Shown here piece after piece: positions 8,522 to 15,666 of a DNA stretch of 44,088 nt; position 1 is the first letter of the stretch; each line of letters starts with the position of its first letter. The translations under genes were made by a program, and so were the position numbers. This stretch comes from an uncultured Methylococcus sp. (GTDB lineage: Bacteria > Pseudomonadota > Gammaproteobacteria > Methylococcales > Methylococcaceae), in assembly GCA_964419105.1 (NCBI GenBank), contig CAYQOJ010000004.1, forward strand, positions 10,993 to 55,080. The letters are read 5' to 3'. Below the pieces are notes generated by a model. It saw only the letters and a program-made list of their open reading frames with translations, was not told where the DNA came from and ran no database searches.

Positions 8522-8698
8522 TTAGTCACACTCTCCACATGGGCACTGTGGGAATTCTCTATCTTGCTTAATTCGATTAGCAAGACGCTCTACCTTGAGA
8601 TAGGTATCAGGGCTAGCACCTCTAAAAGATACTACTTCACCATTTGCTAGCATGTGAGCAGCCTTAATAATTTTTTGTTCTAATGTTAGTGTAGTCAT
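8522..8698 (-). CDS. 58-aa hypothetical protein (C-terminal CPCGEC)
   Basis: Manual ORF MTTLTLEQKIIKAAHMLANGEVV... with an AAAGAAAGGTGG RBS. Confidence 0.55.
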   Translation of the reverse strand: MTTLTLEQKIIKAAHMLANGEVVSFRGASPDTYLKVERLANRIKQDREFPQCPCGECD

Positions 8699-8751
8699 TT
8701 TTGACCACCTTTCTTTTTTGTTAGTTAATCTTATTTAATTGTGATAGGAGT

Positions 8752-8793
8752 ATCCTAGCACATAAAACCCAAAAAGTCAAATCGACACGCTGG
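8752..8793 (-). promoter_or_regulatory. Leftward promoter
   Basis: On the minus strand: CCAGCGTGTCG, 2 nt, TTGACT (8775-8780), 17 nt, TAGGAT (8752-8757). Confidence 0.55.
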
Positions 8794-8865
8794 ACAAAAC
8801 GGACATTTTCAAATATTTTTTTGTGATCTACATCATGCGAACATTTGTTCGAAAAGGCCCGATCC

Positions 8866-8886
8866 TGTGGATAACTCTGTGGAAAA
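8866..8886 (+). promoter_or_regulatory. Tandem DnaA-box-like pair
   Basis: TGTGGATAA at 8866-8874 and TGTGGAAAA at 8878-8886, with 12-bp phasing. TGTGGATAA is the reverse complement of TTATCCACA. Confidence 0.6.
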
Positions 8887-9001
8887 CTTCGTTATGTATT
8901 TGTTACAAAAACCCCTAAAAATAACACCTAAAATGTCCGACCCCCCTAATAGATTTATGGTAGAAAAAGAAAAGATAAATAAAAGAAAGGATAAATAAAA
9001 A

Positions 9002-9112
9002 ATGATTGATTTCAAGTTTTGTGAAATAGATTCAAACTATGTTCCAACAGTAGAGGTAGAAGGCGAAATCGCCTGCCAGTACTGCTGGGAAGCCTATGGT
9101 GAAATAAACTAG
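9002..9112 (+). CDS. 36-aa Cys-containing peptide
   Basis: MIDFKFCEIDSNYVPTVEVEGEIACQYCWEAYGEIN. It is a paralog of 7471-7590 with a similar A-rich leader and RBS. Confidence 0.45.
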   Translation: MIDFKFCEIDSNYVPTVEVEGEIACQYCWEAYGEIN

Positions 9113-9167
9113 GTTTCAAAAATTTTCAGCGTGTCGCTTGACAAACCAGGCGATTTGTGATCGGGTC

Positions 9168-9188
9168 CTGTGGATAACTTTGTGGATA
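9168..9188 (+). promoter_or_regulatory. Tandem DnaA-box-like pair
   Basis: TGTGGATAA at 9168-9176 and 9180-9188, plus a partial third copy TGTGGTAT at 9193-9200. Confidence 0.65.
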
Positions 9189-9307
9189 ACTTATGTGGTA
9201 TGAATCACAAAAATTTTTCTACGACACGCCCGAAAAACCCCCTAATTTGTCAGTCCCCTATGCTAGGATACAGTCATAAGAAAGTATCTTAGAAAGGATA
9301 ACTAAAA

Positions 9308-9529
9308 ATGAAAACAATTCTAAAGCCTCATACCCCTACAGGTATTGACTACCTTCCAGAGTCTCCAACCTCTGTTTGTGCTAACTGTGAAAAGTCAATT
9401 GAGCAATTCACTTGGTATGATGATGATTGCGGTTGGAGAACTGAGCGTGAGTGGCACGCTAAAACTTGGGTAGATGGCAAGTCTGCCAATGTAAAAGTTG
9501 CTCGTTTCCACTATGAGTGTGAAATGTAA
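9308..9529 (+). CDS. Small Cys-containing hypothetical protein
   Basis: 73-aa ORF with an AGAAAGGATAAC RBS. A promoter-like TGTCAGTCCCC...TAGGAT lies upstream (9247-9268). Confidence 0.6.
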   Translation: MKTILKPHTPTGIDYLPESPTSVCANCEKSIEQFTWYDDDCGWRTEREWHAKTWVDGKSANVKVARFHYECEM

Positions 9530-9544
9530 CAAAATGATAACAAT

Positions 9545-9586
9545 ACGGCGTGTCGTGTTGTAAATGTCAGCCCCCTATGATAGGTT
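9545..9586 (+). promoter_or_regulatory. Early promoter (family member)
   Basis: ACGGCGTGTCG (9545-9555), TTGTAA (9558-9563), 17-nt spacer ATGTCAGCCCCCTATGA, TAGGTT (9581-9586). Confidence 0.6.
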
Positions 9587-9620
9587 TATCCCATAAAGAA
9601 AAAGAAAGGAGTTCATAAAA

Positions 9621-9776
9621 ATGAACGAACTAAAATCAAAAACCTCAATCTGTGTATTCTGCTACTCAATCGTAGATGACTACATTTGCTGGACTTGTAG
9701 CGACTACAAAGGTGTAATGATAGTTTCTGAGGCTGAAAAATACCTCAAAGAAGATTTGACAGATTACCTAGTTTAG
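9621..9776 (+). CDS. 51-aa Cys-rich peptide
   Basis: An AAAGAAAGGAG RBS precedes MNELKSKTSICVFCYSIVDDYICWTCSDYKG... Confidence 0.5.
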   Translation: MNELKSKTSICVFCYSIVDDYICWTCSDYKGVMIVSEAEKYLKEDLTDYLV

Positions 9777-9814
9777 ACTAGACTAACAATAACAACGAAA
9801 GGAAAACTAATAAA

Positions 9815-9988
9815 ATGATGACTCGTAAAGACTATGTGGCTACCGCCAAAATTCTAAACAACTACAAAGATGAAATTGACTATCTAATAATTTCAGAAAT
9901 GGCTGATGAGTTTGCCGAAATGTTTGAGGCAGACAATCCAAACTTTGACTATCAAAAATTTATTGACGCAATCTTTGAGGAGAACTAA
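9815..9988 (+). CDS. 57-aa acidic hypothetical protein
   Basis: A GAAAGGAAAAC RBS precedes MMTRKDYVATAKILNNYKDEIDY... Confidence 0.5.
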   Translation: MMTRKDYVATAKILNNYKDEIDYLIISEMADEFAEMFEADNPNFDYQKFIDAIFEEN

Positions 9989-9990
9989 AA

Positions 9991-10122
9991 ATGATTTTTT
10001 ACAACGGATTCAATTTGCTAGTTGATTTGATTCTCTGCGGTGTGGTTGGTTATTTTGCCTATCGCTTTGGATTCTCTGACGGATTTCTAGAAGGTGAAAA
10101 GGAGAACGCTCCACCCTTCTAA
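9991..10122 (+). CDS. 43-aa single-TM peptide
   Basis: MIFYNGFNLLVDLILCGVVGYFAYRFGF..., starting 2 nt after the previous stop. Confidence 0.4.
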   Translation: MIFYNGFNLLVDLILCGVVGYFAYRFGFSDGFLEGEKENAPPF

Positions 10123-10182
10123 AAATTTTTCACAATCACGGCGTGTCGTCTTGACATTGTCCGTGATCTGTGGCGGGTCGCC

Positions 10183-10203
10183 TGTGGATAACTCTGTGAA
10201 TAA
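10183..10203 (+). promoter_or_regulatory. Tandem DnaA-box-like pair
   Basis: TGTGGATAA at 10183-10191 and TGTGAATAA at 10195-10203. ACGGCGTGTCG (10138-10148) and TTGACA (10151-10156) precede it. Confidence 0.6.
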
Positions 10204-10246
10204 CTTTACGTAGCATTAAGGAATTTTCGCAAAATTTCCCAGATCT

Positions 10247-10289
10247 ACGGCGTGTCGTCTTGCAAAATGTCTGAGGGGTGTGCTAGGAT
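10247..10289 (+). promoter_or_regulatory. Promoter giving a probable leaderless transcript
   Basis: ACGGCGTGTCG (10247-10257), TTGCAA (10260-10265), 18-nt spacer, TAGGAT (10284-10289). The ATG lies 6 nt downstream with no SD. Confidence 0.55.
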
Positions 10290-10295
10290 TGCAGT

Positions 10296-10469
10296 ATGAA
10301 GAAAGATAAGACTAAGAAGCATAGAGGGATTGCTAACCCTAGATACGCTAGGGAGATAGCAGAACTACGCCGTAGTGGTGCTTCTGGAGAACACTTAGAC
10401 AAGAGGACTAAGCGTGCTAGGACTAGGCAGTCTAGTGAGTATCGAGCAATTCAAGACTACTCAGAATAA
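10296..10469 (+). CDS. 57-aa highly basic protein (Arg/Lys-rich)
   Basis: MKKDKTKKHRGIANPRYAREIAELRRSGASGEHLDKRTKRARTRQ... It has leaderless geometry. Confidence 0.5.
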   Translation: MKKDKTKKHRGIANPRYAREIAELRRSGASGEHLDKRTKRARTRQSSEYRAIQDYSE

Positions 10470-10516
10470 ATGTCAGACCCCTGTGATAGTATCTAAGTAA
10501 TAGAAAGAGGATAAAG

Positions 10517-10660
10517 ATGACGAAAGAACTAACTACCGCTGAGATTGCAGATTTTATCAAGGCAGGTGCTAATCAAGTAATGACTAGACCCCTAACACCA
10601 CTTGAAGAGTCACTAATTGAATACACTGTTGTTCAGATGAAATACGAATTCTGGAAGTGA
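10517..10660 (+). CDS. 47-aa hypothetical protein
   Basis: An AGAAAGAGGATAAAG RBS precedes it, and a promoter-like ATGTCAGACCCC...TAGTAT lies upstream (10470-10492). Confidence 0.5.
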   Translation: MTKELTTAEIADFIKAGANQVMTRPLTPLEESLIEYTVVQMKYEFWK

Positions 10661-10893
10661 GCAACTACAACTGTTCAGATTGTCAGCGTCTAATCAGACC
10701 TGGCAACCTGTATGGGCACGGCCTTGACAATGTCTGTGGCAGGTGCTATGCTATTAGAGTACAACACCCCTCAGTAAGAAAGAAAGAGACTATGATAAAT
10801 TTCGATAACGTAATCAATGAAGAATCAATTGCTAAACTAACTAATGAAGAGGCAGAAGCCTTGCTAGCAATTCTAGAGAAAGCGGGATACTAA
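10657..10893 (+). CDS. Zinc-ribbon small protein
   Basis: GTG start overlaps the previous stop (GTGA). It carries CSDC...CGRC. Confidence 0.55.
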   Translation: MSNYNCSDCQRLIRPGNLYGHGLDNVCGRCYAIRVQHPSVRKKETMINFDNVINEESIAKLTNEEAEALLAILEKAGY

Positions 10894-10895
10894 TA

Positions 10896-11201
10896 ATGGG
10901 TTCACTACAAGCAATGGAATACAGAGAGTTAGCAGAAATGGGTTCTGTTACACTTGAGCAGTCTATTGAGTGGCACTTGCGTTCTAATCACTTCCCGCCA
11001 ATTCCTAAGTCAATGGTCCCTGTTTGCATAGAAGCGATTGAGTATGCCAATGAAGGCGATTGGGACAGAATGATTGGACTTCCTGAAGGCGTAGGCTACA
11101 AGGGACTAACGGCTGCACCTGTTCACGCTATCGTTGAGCAACACCACTTGGACGCTTGGGTTGAGCAGACAGATGAAGATTGGCTAATGTCTAACTCATA
11201 A
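10896..11201 (+). CDS. Hypothetical protein
   Basis: 101-aa ORF starting 2 nt after the previous stop. Confidence 0.6.
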   Translation: MGSLQAMEYRELAEMGSVTLEQSIEWHLRSNHFPPIPKSMVPVCIEAIEYANEGDWDRMIGLPEGVGYKGLTAAPVHAIVEQHHLDAWVEQTDEDWLMSNS

Positions 11202-11256
11202 GCCCCAGAATGTCAGACTCGCATGTTAGACTAACCCCATAAAGAAAGAAGGAAAA

Positions 11257-11364
11257 ATGGCTTTATTGTTTAGTCTCGAATACGAAGACCAATGTTATTG
11301 TGAATTGTGCTGTGCTGATGGCCACTGTGGTTGTGAAACCTGTAATGAACCATGCGAATGCTAG
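11257..11364 (+). CDS. 35-aa extremely Cys-rich peptide (10 Cys)
   Basis: An AAAGAAAGAAGGAAAAATG RBS precedes MALLFSLEYEDQCYCELCCADGHCGCETCNEPCEC. Confidence 0.5.
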   Translation: MALLFSLEYEDQCYCELCCADGHCGCETCNEPCEC

Positions 11365-11467
11365 TCACAACCTAATTCCGTTTTATTGCGATGCATGCGA
11401 TGAGATCGAATTTTTCTGTGATGAGTGTGGAGAAAATCTTTTAGATCTAGATGGCGTGTCAACTTGA
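11345..11467 (+). CDS. Possible 40-aa Cys-rich peptide overlapping the previous gene
   Basis: MNHANASHNLIPFYCDACDEIEFFCDECGENLLDLDGVST. No clear RBS. Confidence 0.3.
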   Translation: MNHANASHNLIPFYCDACDEIEFFCDECGENLLDLDGVST

Positions 11468-11525
11468 CAACCCCACTGAAAGGTGGTCGGGCACACTATT
11501 GTCAAATTGTCAAGTTACGAACTTT

Positions 11526-11585
11526 ACGGCGTGTCCCCAAATTTCCCAGTTTCAAATTGACATTGTCAGTCCCCTAGTGTAAAAT
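11526..11585 (+). promoter_or_regulatory. Early promoter (family member)
   Basis: ACGGCGTGTCC (11526-11536), TTTCCCAG motif, TTGACA (11557-11562), 17-nt spacer TTGTCAGTCCCCTAGTG, TAAAAT (11580-11585). Confidence 0.6.
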
Positions 11586-11614
11586 TGTAGTTAGAAAGAA
11601 AGGACAAATACCCT

Positions 11615-12334
11615 ATGTCACTAATCCGCTCTAAGGATAGAAAAGTAACTAACGCTGTTTCGCCTAATGGTAAAACTCCAACTATTGCTAACACGTTTGG
11701 TTTACCCTCTGGAAAAGCATACTCATGCCCTGGCGCTACTAGCGTATGCGAAAGTATCTGCTATGCAGGCAAGTTAGAAAAAGTCTACAAGGGTGTCAAA
11801 AATGTATTGCTAACAAATTGGGAGCAACTAAAAGACGCTAGCGAATACCAAATGGTAAACCTGTTGACTGAAATGATAAATGATTTCAGAAAAGATTGTG
11901 AAAAGCGTAATGCAGAAAAACTATTCCGTATCCATTGGGACGGAGATTTCTTCAACGAGACTTACACAAAAGCATGGAAGCAAGTTATCACTAACAATAC
12001 AGACATTCAATTTTGGGTTTACACTCGCAGCGATTTTGCGGTACCAATTCTAAAAGACATTCCTAATCTTGCATTGTATTACTCTACTGATAGCGCTAAC
12101 GTAAAAACTGCTATCTCATTGCGTACTAATCATGGTGTCAGATTGGCATACCTTGCAAAAAATTTCGCTATTGGACAGTCAGACCTCAAGGAAATGATTG
12201 GTAAGCCTGGAGCCAAGTGCCCTGAAAATAAAAAGGCTATTGCCCTTATTGACAAAGACGGCTCTGCCTGTGTAAAATGTAGTCTGTGTGTCTATCAAAA
12301 GGCAGACATTGTATTTTCGGCTAGTAAAAAGTAG
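11615..12334 (+). CDS. Hypothetical protein, possibly Gp88-like phage family
   Basis: 239 aa. The SCPGATSVCESICYAGK motif recalls the actinophage 'gene product 88' family. This rests on memory only. Confidence 0.55.
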   Translation: MSLIRSKDRKVTNAVSPNGKTPTIANTFGLPSGKAYSCPGATSVCESICYAGKLEKVYKGVKNVLLTNWEQLKDASEYQMVNLLTEMINDFRKDCEKRNAEKLFRIHWDGDFFNETYTKAWKQVITNNTDIQFWVYTRSDFAVPILKDIPNLALYYSTDSANVKTAISLRTNHGVRLAYLAKNFAIGQSDLKEMIGKPGAKCPENKKAIALIDKDGSACVKCSLCVYQKADIVFSASKK

Positions 12335-12347
12335 GGGGACTATGACC

Positions 12348-12367
12348 TGTGGATAACCTGTGGATAC
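12348..12367 (+). promoter_or_regulatory. Tandem DnaA-box-like pair
   Basis: TGTGGATAA at 12348-12356 and TGTGGATAC at 12359-12367, with 11-bp phasing. Confidence 0.6.
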
Positions 12368-12433
12368 CGCTAGCATTATTGGTAATCCTATTTCTCATAA
12401 ATCAATAGCGTTACCAAAATGTTACCAAACACT

Positions 12434-12475
12434 ACGGCGTGTCGGTTTGATAATGTCAGACCCTTATGGCATACT
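12434..12475 (+). promoter_or_regulatory. Early promoter (family member)
   Basis: ACGGCGTGTCG (12434-12444), TTGATA (12447-12452), 17-nt spacer ATGTCAGACCCTTATGG, CATACT (12470-12475). Confidence 0.6.
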
Positions 12476-12522
12476 TAGTAGTGTCAAAAGACAAAAACAA
12501 AAAACTATCGAAAGGAAGCAAA

Positions 12523-12675
12523 ATGAACAACACTCTAACTGTTGGCTCACAGTTCACCACTAAGAAGTCAGGCGTGGTTGGCATTATTCAGGAAGTTGTG
12601 GCAAATAAGACAGGTTCTTATCGTGTCCGTCTTGATGTTGCTGGCAAGCCTCGCTGGACAACTGTAAAGGCGTAA
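12523..12675 (+). CDS. 50-aa hypothetical protein
   Basis: The internal ATG lies after an AAAGGAAGCAAA RBS and downstream of the promoter. The longer track ORFs would begin inside or upstream of the promoter. Confidence 0.55.
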   Translation: MNNTLTVGSQFTTKKSGVVGIIQEVVANKTGSYRVRLDVAGKPRWTTVKA

Positions 12676-12726
12676 GCCTTACCCTCACCTGAGTATGTGA
12701 AGGCTAAACTGCTCACCCTTTAGGGG

Positions 12727-12755
12727 TTGATAATGTCAGCCACCTATGCTAAACT
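12727..12755 (+). promoter_or_regulatory. Early promoter (family member)
   Basis: TTGATA (12727-12732), spacer ATGTCAGCCACCTATGC, TAAACT (12750-12755). Confidence 0.6.
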
Positions 12756-12792
12756 AAATACCCTAACAACCCAAAAGAAAGAAGGAAAAACA

Positions 12793-13239
12793 ATGGCTAA
12801 GTCATTAGCAGTAAAAATCCCAACCGCATCTCTAATTGCTGAGGTTGAGGCTCAAATCGCAAAAGTAGAAAGCGACATTGAGAACTATGCTTCGTTGCGT
12901 AAGCAGTATGAGGCAGATGTAAAGCAGTATGACCTTGATGTTATTGCTCACGCTATCAAGGTGCTTTCAGACCCTAACAACATTGGAACTGATAGCAACT
13001 CTCTAATTCGTGTTTCTACTAGCCACTATCGTAATGGTGTGAGTGTTGAGTTTGATACTGATGCCCTCGCATTTCCAAAGCGACCAGATGAGCCATCTCG
13101 ACCAAACGAGAAGCAATACTATGGTCGTGAATACACCACTCGTCTTGATTTGCTAAAGAAGAACCTCAAGGTTCTCAAGATGACAACTCAAGAGGAAGTA
13201 AATGCTTCCACTTACAATTCTGTAATGGAATTGCTGTAA
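12793..13239 (+). CDS. Hypothetical coiled-coil protein
   Basis: The start at MAKSLAVKIP follows an AAAGAAAGAAGGAAAAAC RBS. The track start at 12727 is the -35 TTG. Confidence 0.6.
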   Translation: MAKSLAVKIPTASLIAEVEAQIAKVESDIENYASLRKQYEADVKQYDLDVIAHAIKVLSDPNNIGTDSNSLIRVSTSHYRNGVSVEFDTDALAFPKRPDEPSRPNEKQYYGREYTTRLDLLKKNLKVLKMTTQEEVNASTYNSVMELL

Positions 13240-13325
13240 GTTTCCTACACGCCTCTATTAGTGAGGCATACGGGAATAACACACCTGAGCAAGTGTCTAA
13301 ACTGCTCTCCCTCAAGGGGATCGAC

Positions 13326-13354
13326 TTGATAATGTCAGCCCCTTATGCTAAGAT
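13326..13354 (+). promoter_or_regulatory. Early promoter (family member)
   Basis: TTGATA (13326-13331), spacer ATGTCAGCCCCTTATGC, TAAGAT (13349-13354). Confidence 0.65.
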
Positions 13355-13381
13355 TGTTTTACCTAAAGAAAGGAACCCACA

Positions 13382-13951
13382 ATGGGAACAAGAGGAATAA
13401 CGGAAGTAATCAACAACGGACAGACAGTTGTTGCACAGTATGGACAATGGGACCACTACCCTAGCGGACAAGGTCTAACCGCTCTAAACTTTTTGGCCAA
13501 TCCCGCAAACATTGATAAGTTGCGTGCAGGCCTTGCTAATGTGTATGTGCCAAGTGATGAAGAGCGTGAGGCCATGGTTGCTTCATTCCATGATGGAAGT
13601 GGATGGATGAACATGGAGCAGGGTGACCGCTTTAGTAAGGCTTTCCCAAGTCTCACTAGGGATACAGGTGCAGGCATTCTGCAGGTAATTGCAGACTCTA
13701 CTGATAAGGTTCCACTAGTGTTAGAACCTGATTTCAAAGATGACAGACTATTTTGCGAGGGTATCTACACAATCAATCTAGATAATAACACATTCACTAC
13801 TGAATACAATCGATACAACGATGAAGAGACAGAGGATGTGCTTACCCTGACTTTTGATGAGTGTGCAACTATTTCACATGAAGAGTATTTGACAAGAGCC
13901 AAGTGCGGTGTCTACCAATACTATCAAACACAGGAAACTGCTAACGCATAA
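13382..13951 (+). CDS. Hypothetical protein
   Basis: 189-aa ORF with an AAAGAAAGGAAC RBS. Confidence 0.65.
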   Translation: MGTRGITEVINNGQTVVAQYGQWDHYPSGQGLTALNFLANPANIDKLRAGLANVYVPSDEEREAMVASFHDGSGWMNMEQGDRFSKAFPSLTRDTGAGILQVIADSTDKVPLVLEPDFKDDRLFCEGIYTINLDNNTFTTEYNRYNDEETEDVLTLTFDECATISHEEYLTRAKCGVYQYYQTQETANA

Positions 13952-13995
13952 TGTCAGACGTGCATGCTAAACTAAAAGAAACGAAAGGACTATCA

Positions 13996-14196
13996 ATGGA
14001 TATCAAATACCCAGAGATTGAAGTACAATTGACTGGTAACGACGGAAACGCATTCTCTATCATGGGTGCAGTGTCTAAGGCATTGCGACGTGGTGGCGCT
14101 AGCAAAGAAGAGATTGAACTCTACATGACTGAGTCAATGTCTGGAGACTACAATAATCTACTACGTGTTGCAATGAGGTGGGTAAATGTCAACTAA
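13996..14196 (+). CDS. 66-aa hypothetical protein
   Basis: The internal ATG follows a GAAACGAAAGGAC RBS and lies downstream of ATGTCAGACG...TAAACT (13951-13973). Confidence 0.55.
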   Translation: MDIKYPEIEVQLTGNDGNAFSIMGAVSKALRRGGASKEEIELYMTESMSGDYNNLLRVAMRWVNVN

Positions 14197-14368
14197 TCTA
14201 AACATTGAAGGCTTCGAAAAGATTCTAGAAATTCTTGAGTCTAAAATCAAAGAAGCGGACCGTATGATGAAAGCAGCGGAAGCGGACGGTAATAGTGACT
14301 ATGACTATCACCAAGGCAGGCTAGATGCATATCAACACATTCTAGCAAACATCCAAAAACTACCATAA
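14186..14368 (+). CDS. 60-aa helical hypothetical protein
   Basis: The ORF overlaps the previous gene by 11 nt. Confidence 0.5.
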   Translation: MSTNLNIEGFEKILEILESKIKEADRMMKAAEADGNSDYDYHQGRLDAYQHILANIQKLP

Positions 14369-14370
14369 AA

Positions 14371-14390
14371 TTCTGGTAGGGGTACCAGAA
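14371..14390 (+). terminator. Perfect 8-bp hairpin TTCTGGTA-GGGG-TACCAGAA
   Basis: It starts 2 nt after the stop at 14368. A second 9-bp inverted repeat follows (CTGGCCAGG...CCTGGCCAC, about 14391-14428). There is no clear T-run. Confidence 0.45.
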
Positions 14391-14598
14391 CTGGCCAGGT
14401 TCTTATCCTTTCTTTCTTTCCTGGCCACGCTCCTGGGCATGAGCGATACAAAAGGCCCACTTAGCATACTTGACAAATGGATCAAAATGGGGTCGGGCAC
14501 ACTTTTTTGATTTTGTCAAGTGTTTACGATGTGATTTATGACACCCCCAAAATTTTTCCCAGATCGTGGCAAAACGGACATTTTTATTCATCTTGGTG

Positions 14599-14627
14599 TT
14601 GACAATGTCAGACCCCTCCTGTATGAT
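14599..14627 (+). promoter_or_regulatory. Early promoter (family member)
   Basis: TTGACA (14599-14604), spacer ATGTCAGACCCCTCCTG, TATGAT (14622-14627). Confidence 0.65.
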
Positions 14628-14658
14628 TATCTTATCAACAAAACGAAAGGAAAAACAC

Positions 14659-15666
14659 ATGGCACACATGTTAGAACAGTCTGCTACTGGCGAGACTGCA
14701 TTCGCATCATTGCGTGAGCCTGCATGGCATGGCTTAGGCACTGTATTCAATGAGGAAGTGACAACTGGCGAAATGCTAAAGTTGGCACACCTAGACAACT
14801 GGAATGTTCGTCTTGAGGACGTATCTATCCCAGACACATTCAAGTCTGACAAGAATTATTTCTTTGTTACTCGCACTAACCCATTCGACAAGTCACAGAA
14901 CGACGTGCTTGGCGTAGTTGGTGAGCGCTATCACGTGTTGCAGAATGAGGACCTCTTCTCATTCGGAGATAACATTCTTGATGGTGGAGGTCGTTGGGAG
15001 ACTGCTGGCTCTATCAAGGGCGGACGTGTAGTCTTTGGCTCTATCGCTCTTGAGCGTGAGACAGTTCTTGACCCTTCTGGCGTGTCTGATAAGGTGAACA
15101 CTTATCTTCTTATCAACACATCACACGACGGTTCGATTGCTATTCAAGCATCTATCACACCTGTTCGTGTTGTTTGCCAAAACACTTTGAACCTTGCTCT
15201 TGGTAAGGGTAATCGTGGAGTAAAGCAGACTTTCAAAATTCGTCACACTCAGACTGCTAACGGAAAAGTTCAAGCAGCACGTGAGGCTCTTGGCCTTGCG
15301 AACAAATACATGGACGAATTCGACAAGTTGGCACAAGCCATGATTCAGCAAGAAGTCAGCGCTAAGCAATTCAATGACATCATTCTTGCATCTTACCCAA
15401 AGCCAGAAAAAGACGCTAAGGGTTCAATCAAGAAGTGGGAAAACAAGGTTGACATCATCAACTCAATCTACACAGGCCCTACTAACAACATGATTGCTGG
15501 CACTGCTTGGGGTGCATTCAACGCTCTAACTGAGCGCTTGGATTGGTATCGCTCAGGACGTGGCGGTGACAACGAATCTATTCTTGCATCTGCAAGTGGA
15601 TTTGACCCTGCTATCAACGCAGAGAAGAATCGCCTTCTCAAAGTTGTGCAAGGCGTTCTCGCATAA
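14659..15666 (+). CDS. DUF932/TIGR03299-like phage/plasmid protein
   Basis: The start at MAHMLEQSATGETAFASLREPAWHGLGTVF follows an AACGAAAGGAAAAAC RBS. The N-terminal xPAWHGLG signature recalls the DUF932 family. The track start at 14566 lies upstream of the promoter. Confidence 0.6.
   Translation: MAHMLEQSATGETAFASLREPAWHGLGTVFNEEVTTGEMLKLAHLDNWNVRLEDVSIPDTFKSDKNYFFVTRTNPFDKSQNDVLGVVGERYHVLQNEDLFSFGDNILDGGGRWETAGSIKGGRVVFGSIALERETVLDPSGVSDKVNTYLLINTSHDGSIAIQASITPVRVVCQNTLNLALGKGNRGVKQTFKIRHTQTANGKVQAAREALGLANKYMDEFDKLAQAMIQQEVSAKQFNDIILASYPKPEKDAKGSIKKWENKVDIINSIYTGPTNNMIAGTAWGAFNALTERLDWYRSGRGGDNESILASASGFDPAINAEKNRLLKVVQGVLA

Noticed and set aside
8453-9015. Track ORFs 8453-8650 (+) and 8833-9015 (-)
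   Set aside because: 8453-8650 is antisense to the RBS-led minus-strand gene 8522-8698 and spans a promoter. 8833-9015 runs through the DnaA-box pair and the promoter and leader of 9002-9112, with no RBS.
12179-12563. Track ORFs 12179-12376 (-) and 12360-12563 (+)
   Set aside because: The first is antisense to the well-supported 11615-12334 gene. The second starts inside the DnaA-box pair and reads through the promoter of 12523-12675.
14403-14852. Track ORF 14403-14852 (-), 149 aa
   Set aside because: It runs antisense across the intergenic repeat elements, the 14599-14627 promoter and the 5-prime end of the DUF932-like gene. It has no RBS and a Cys/Ser/Arg-rich composition typical of antisense frames.
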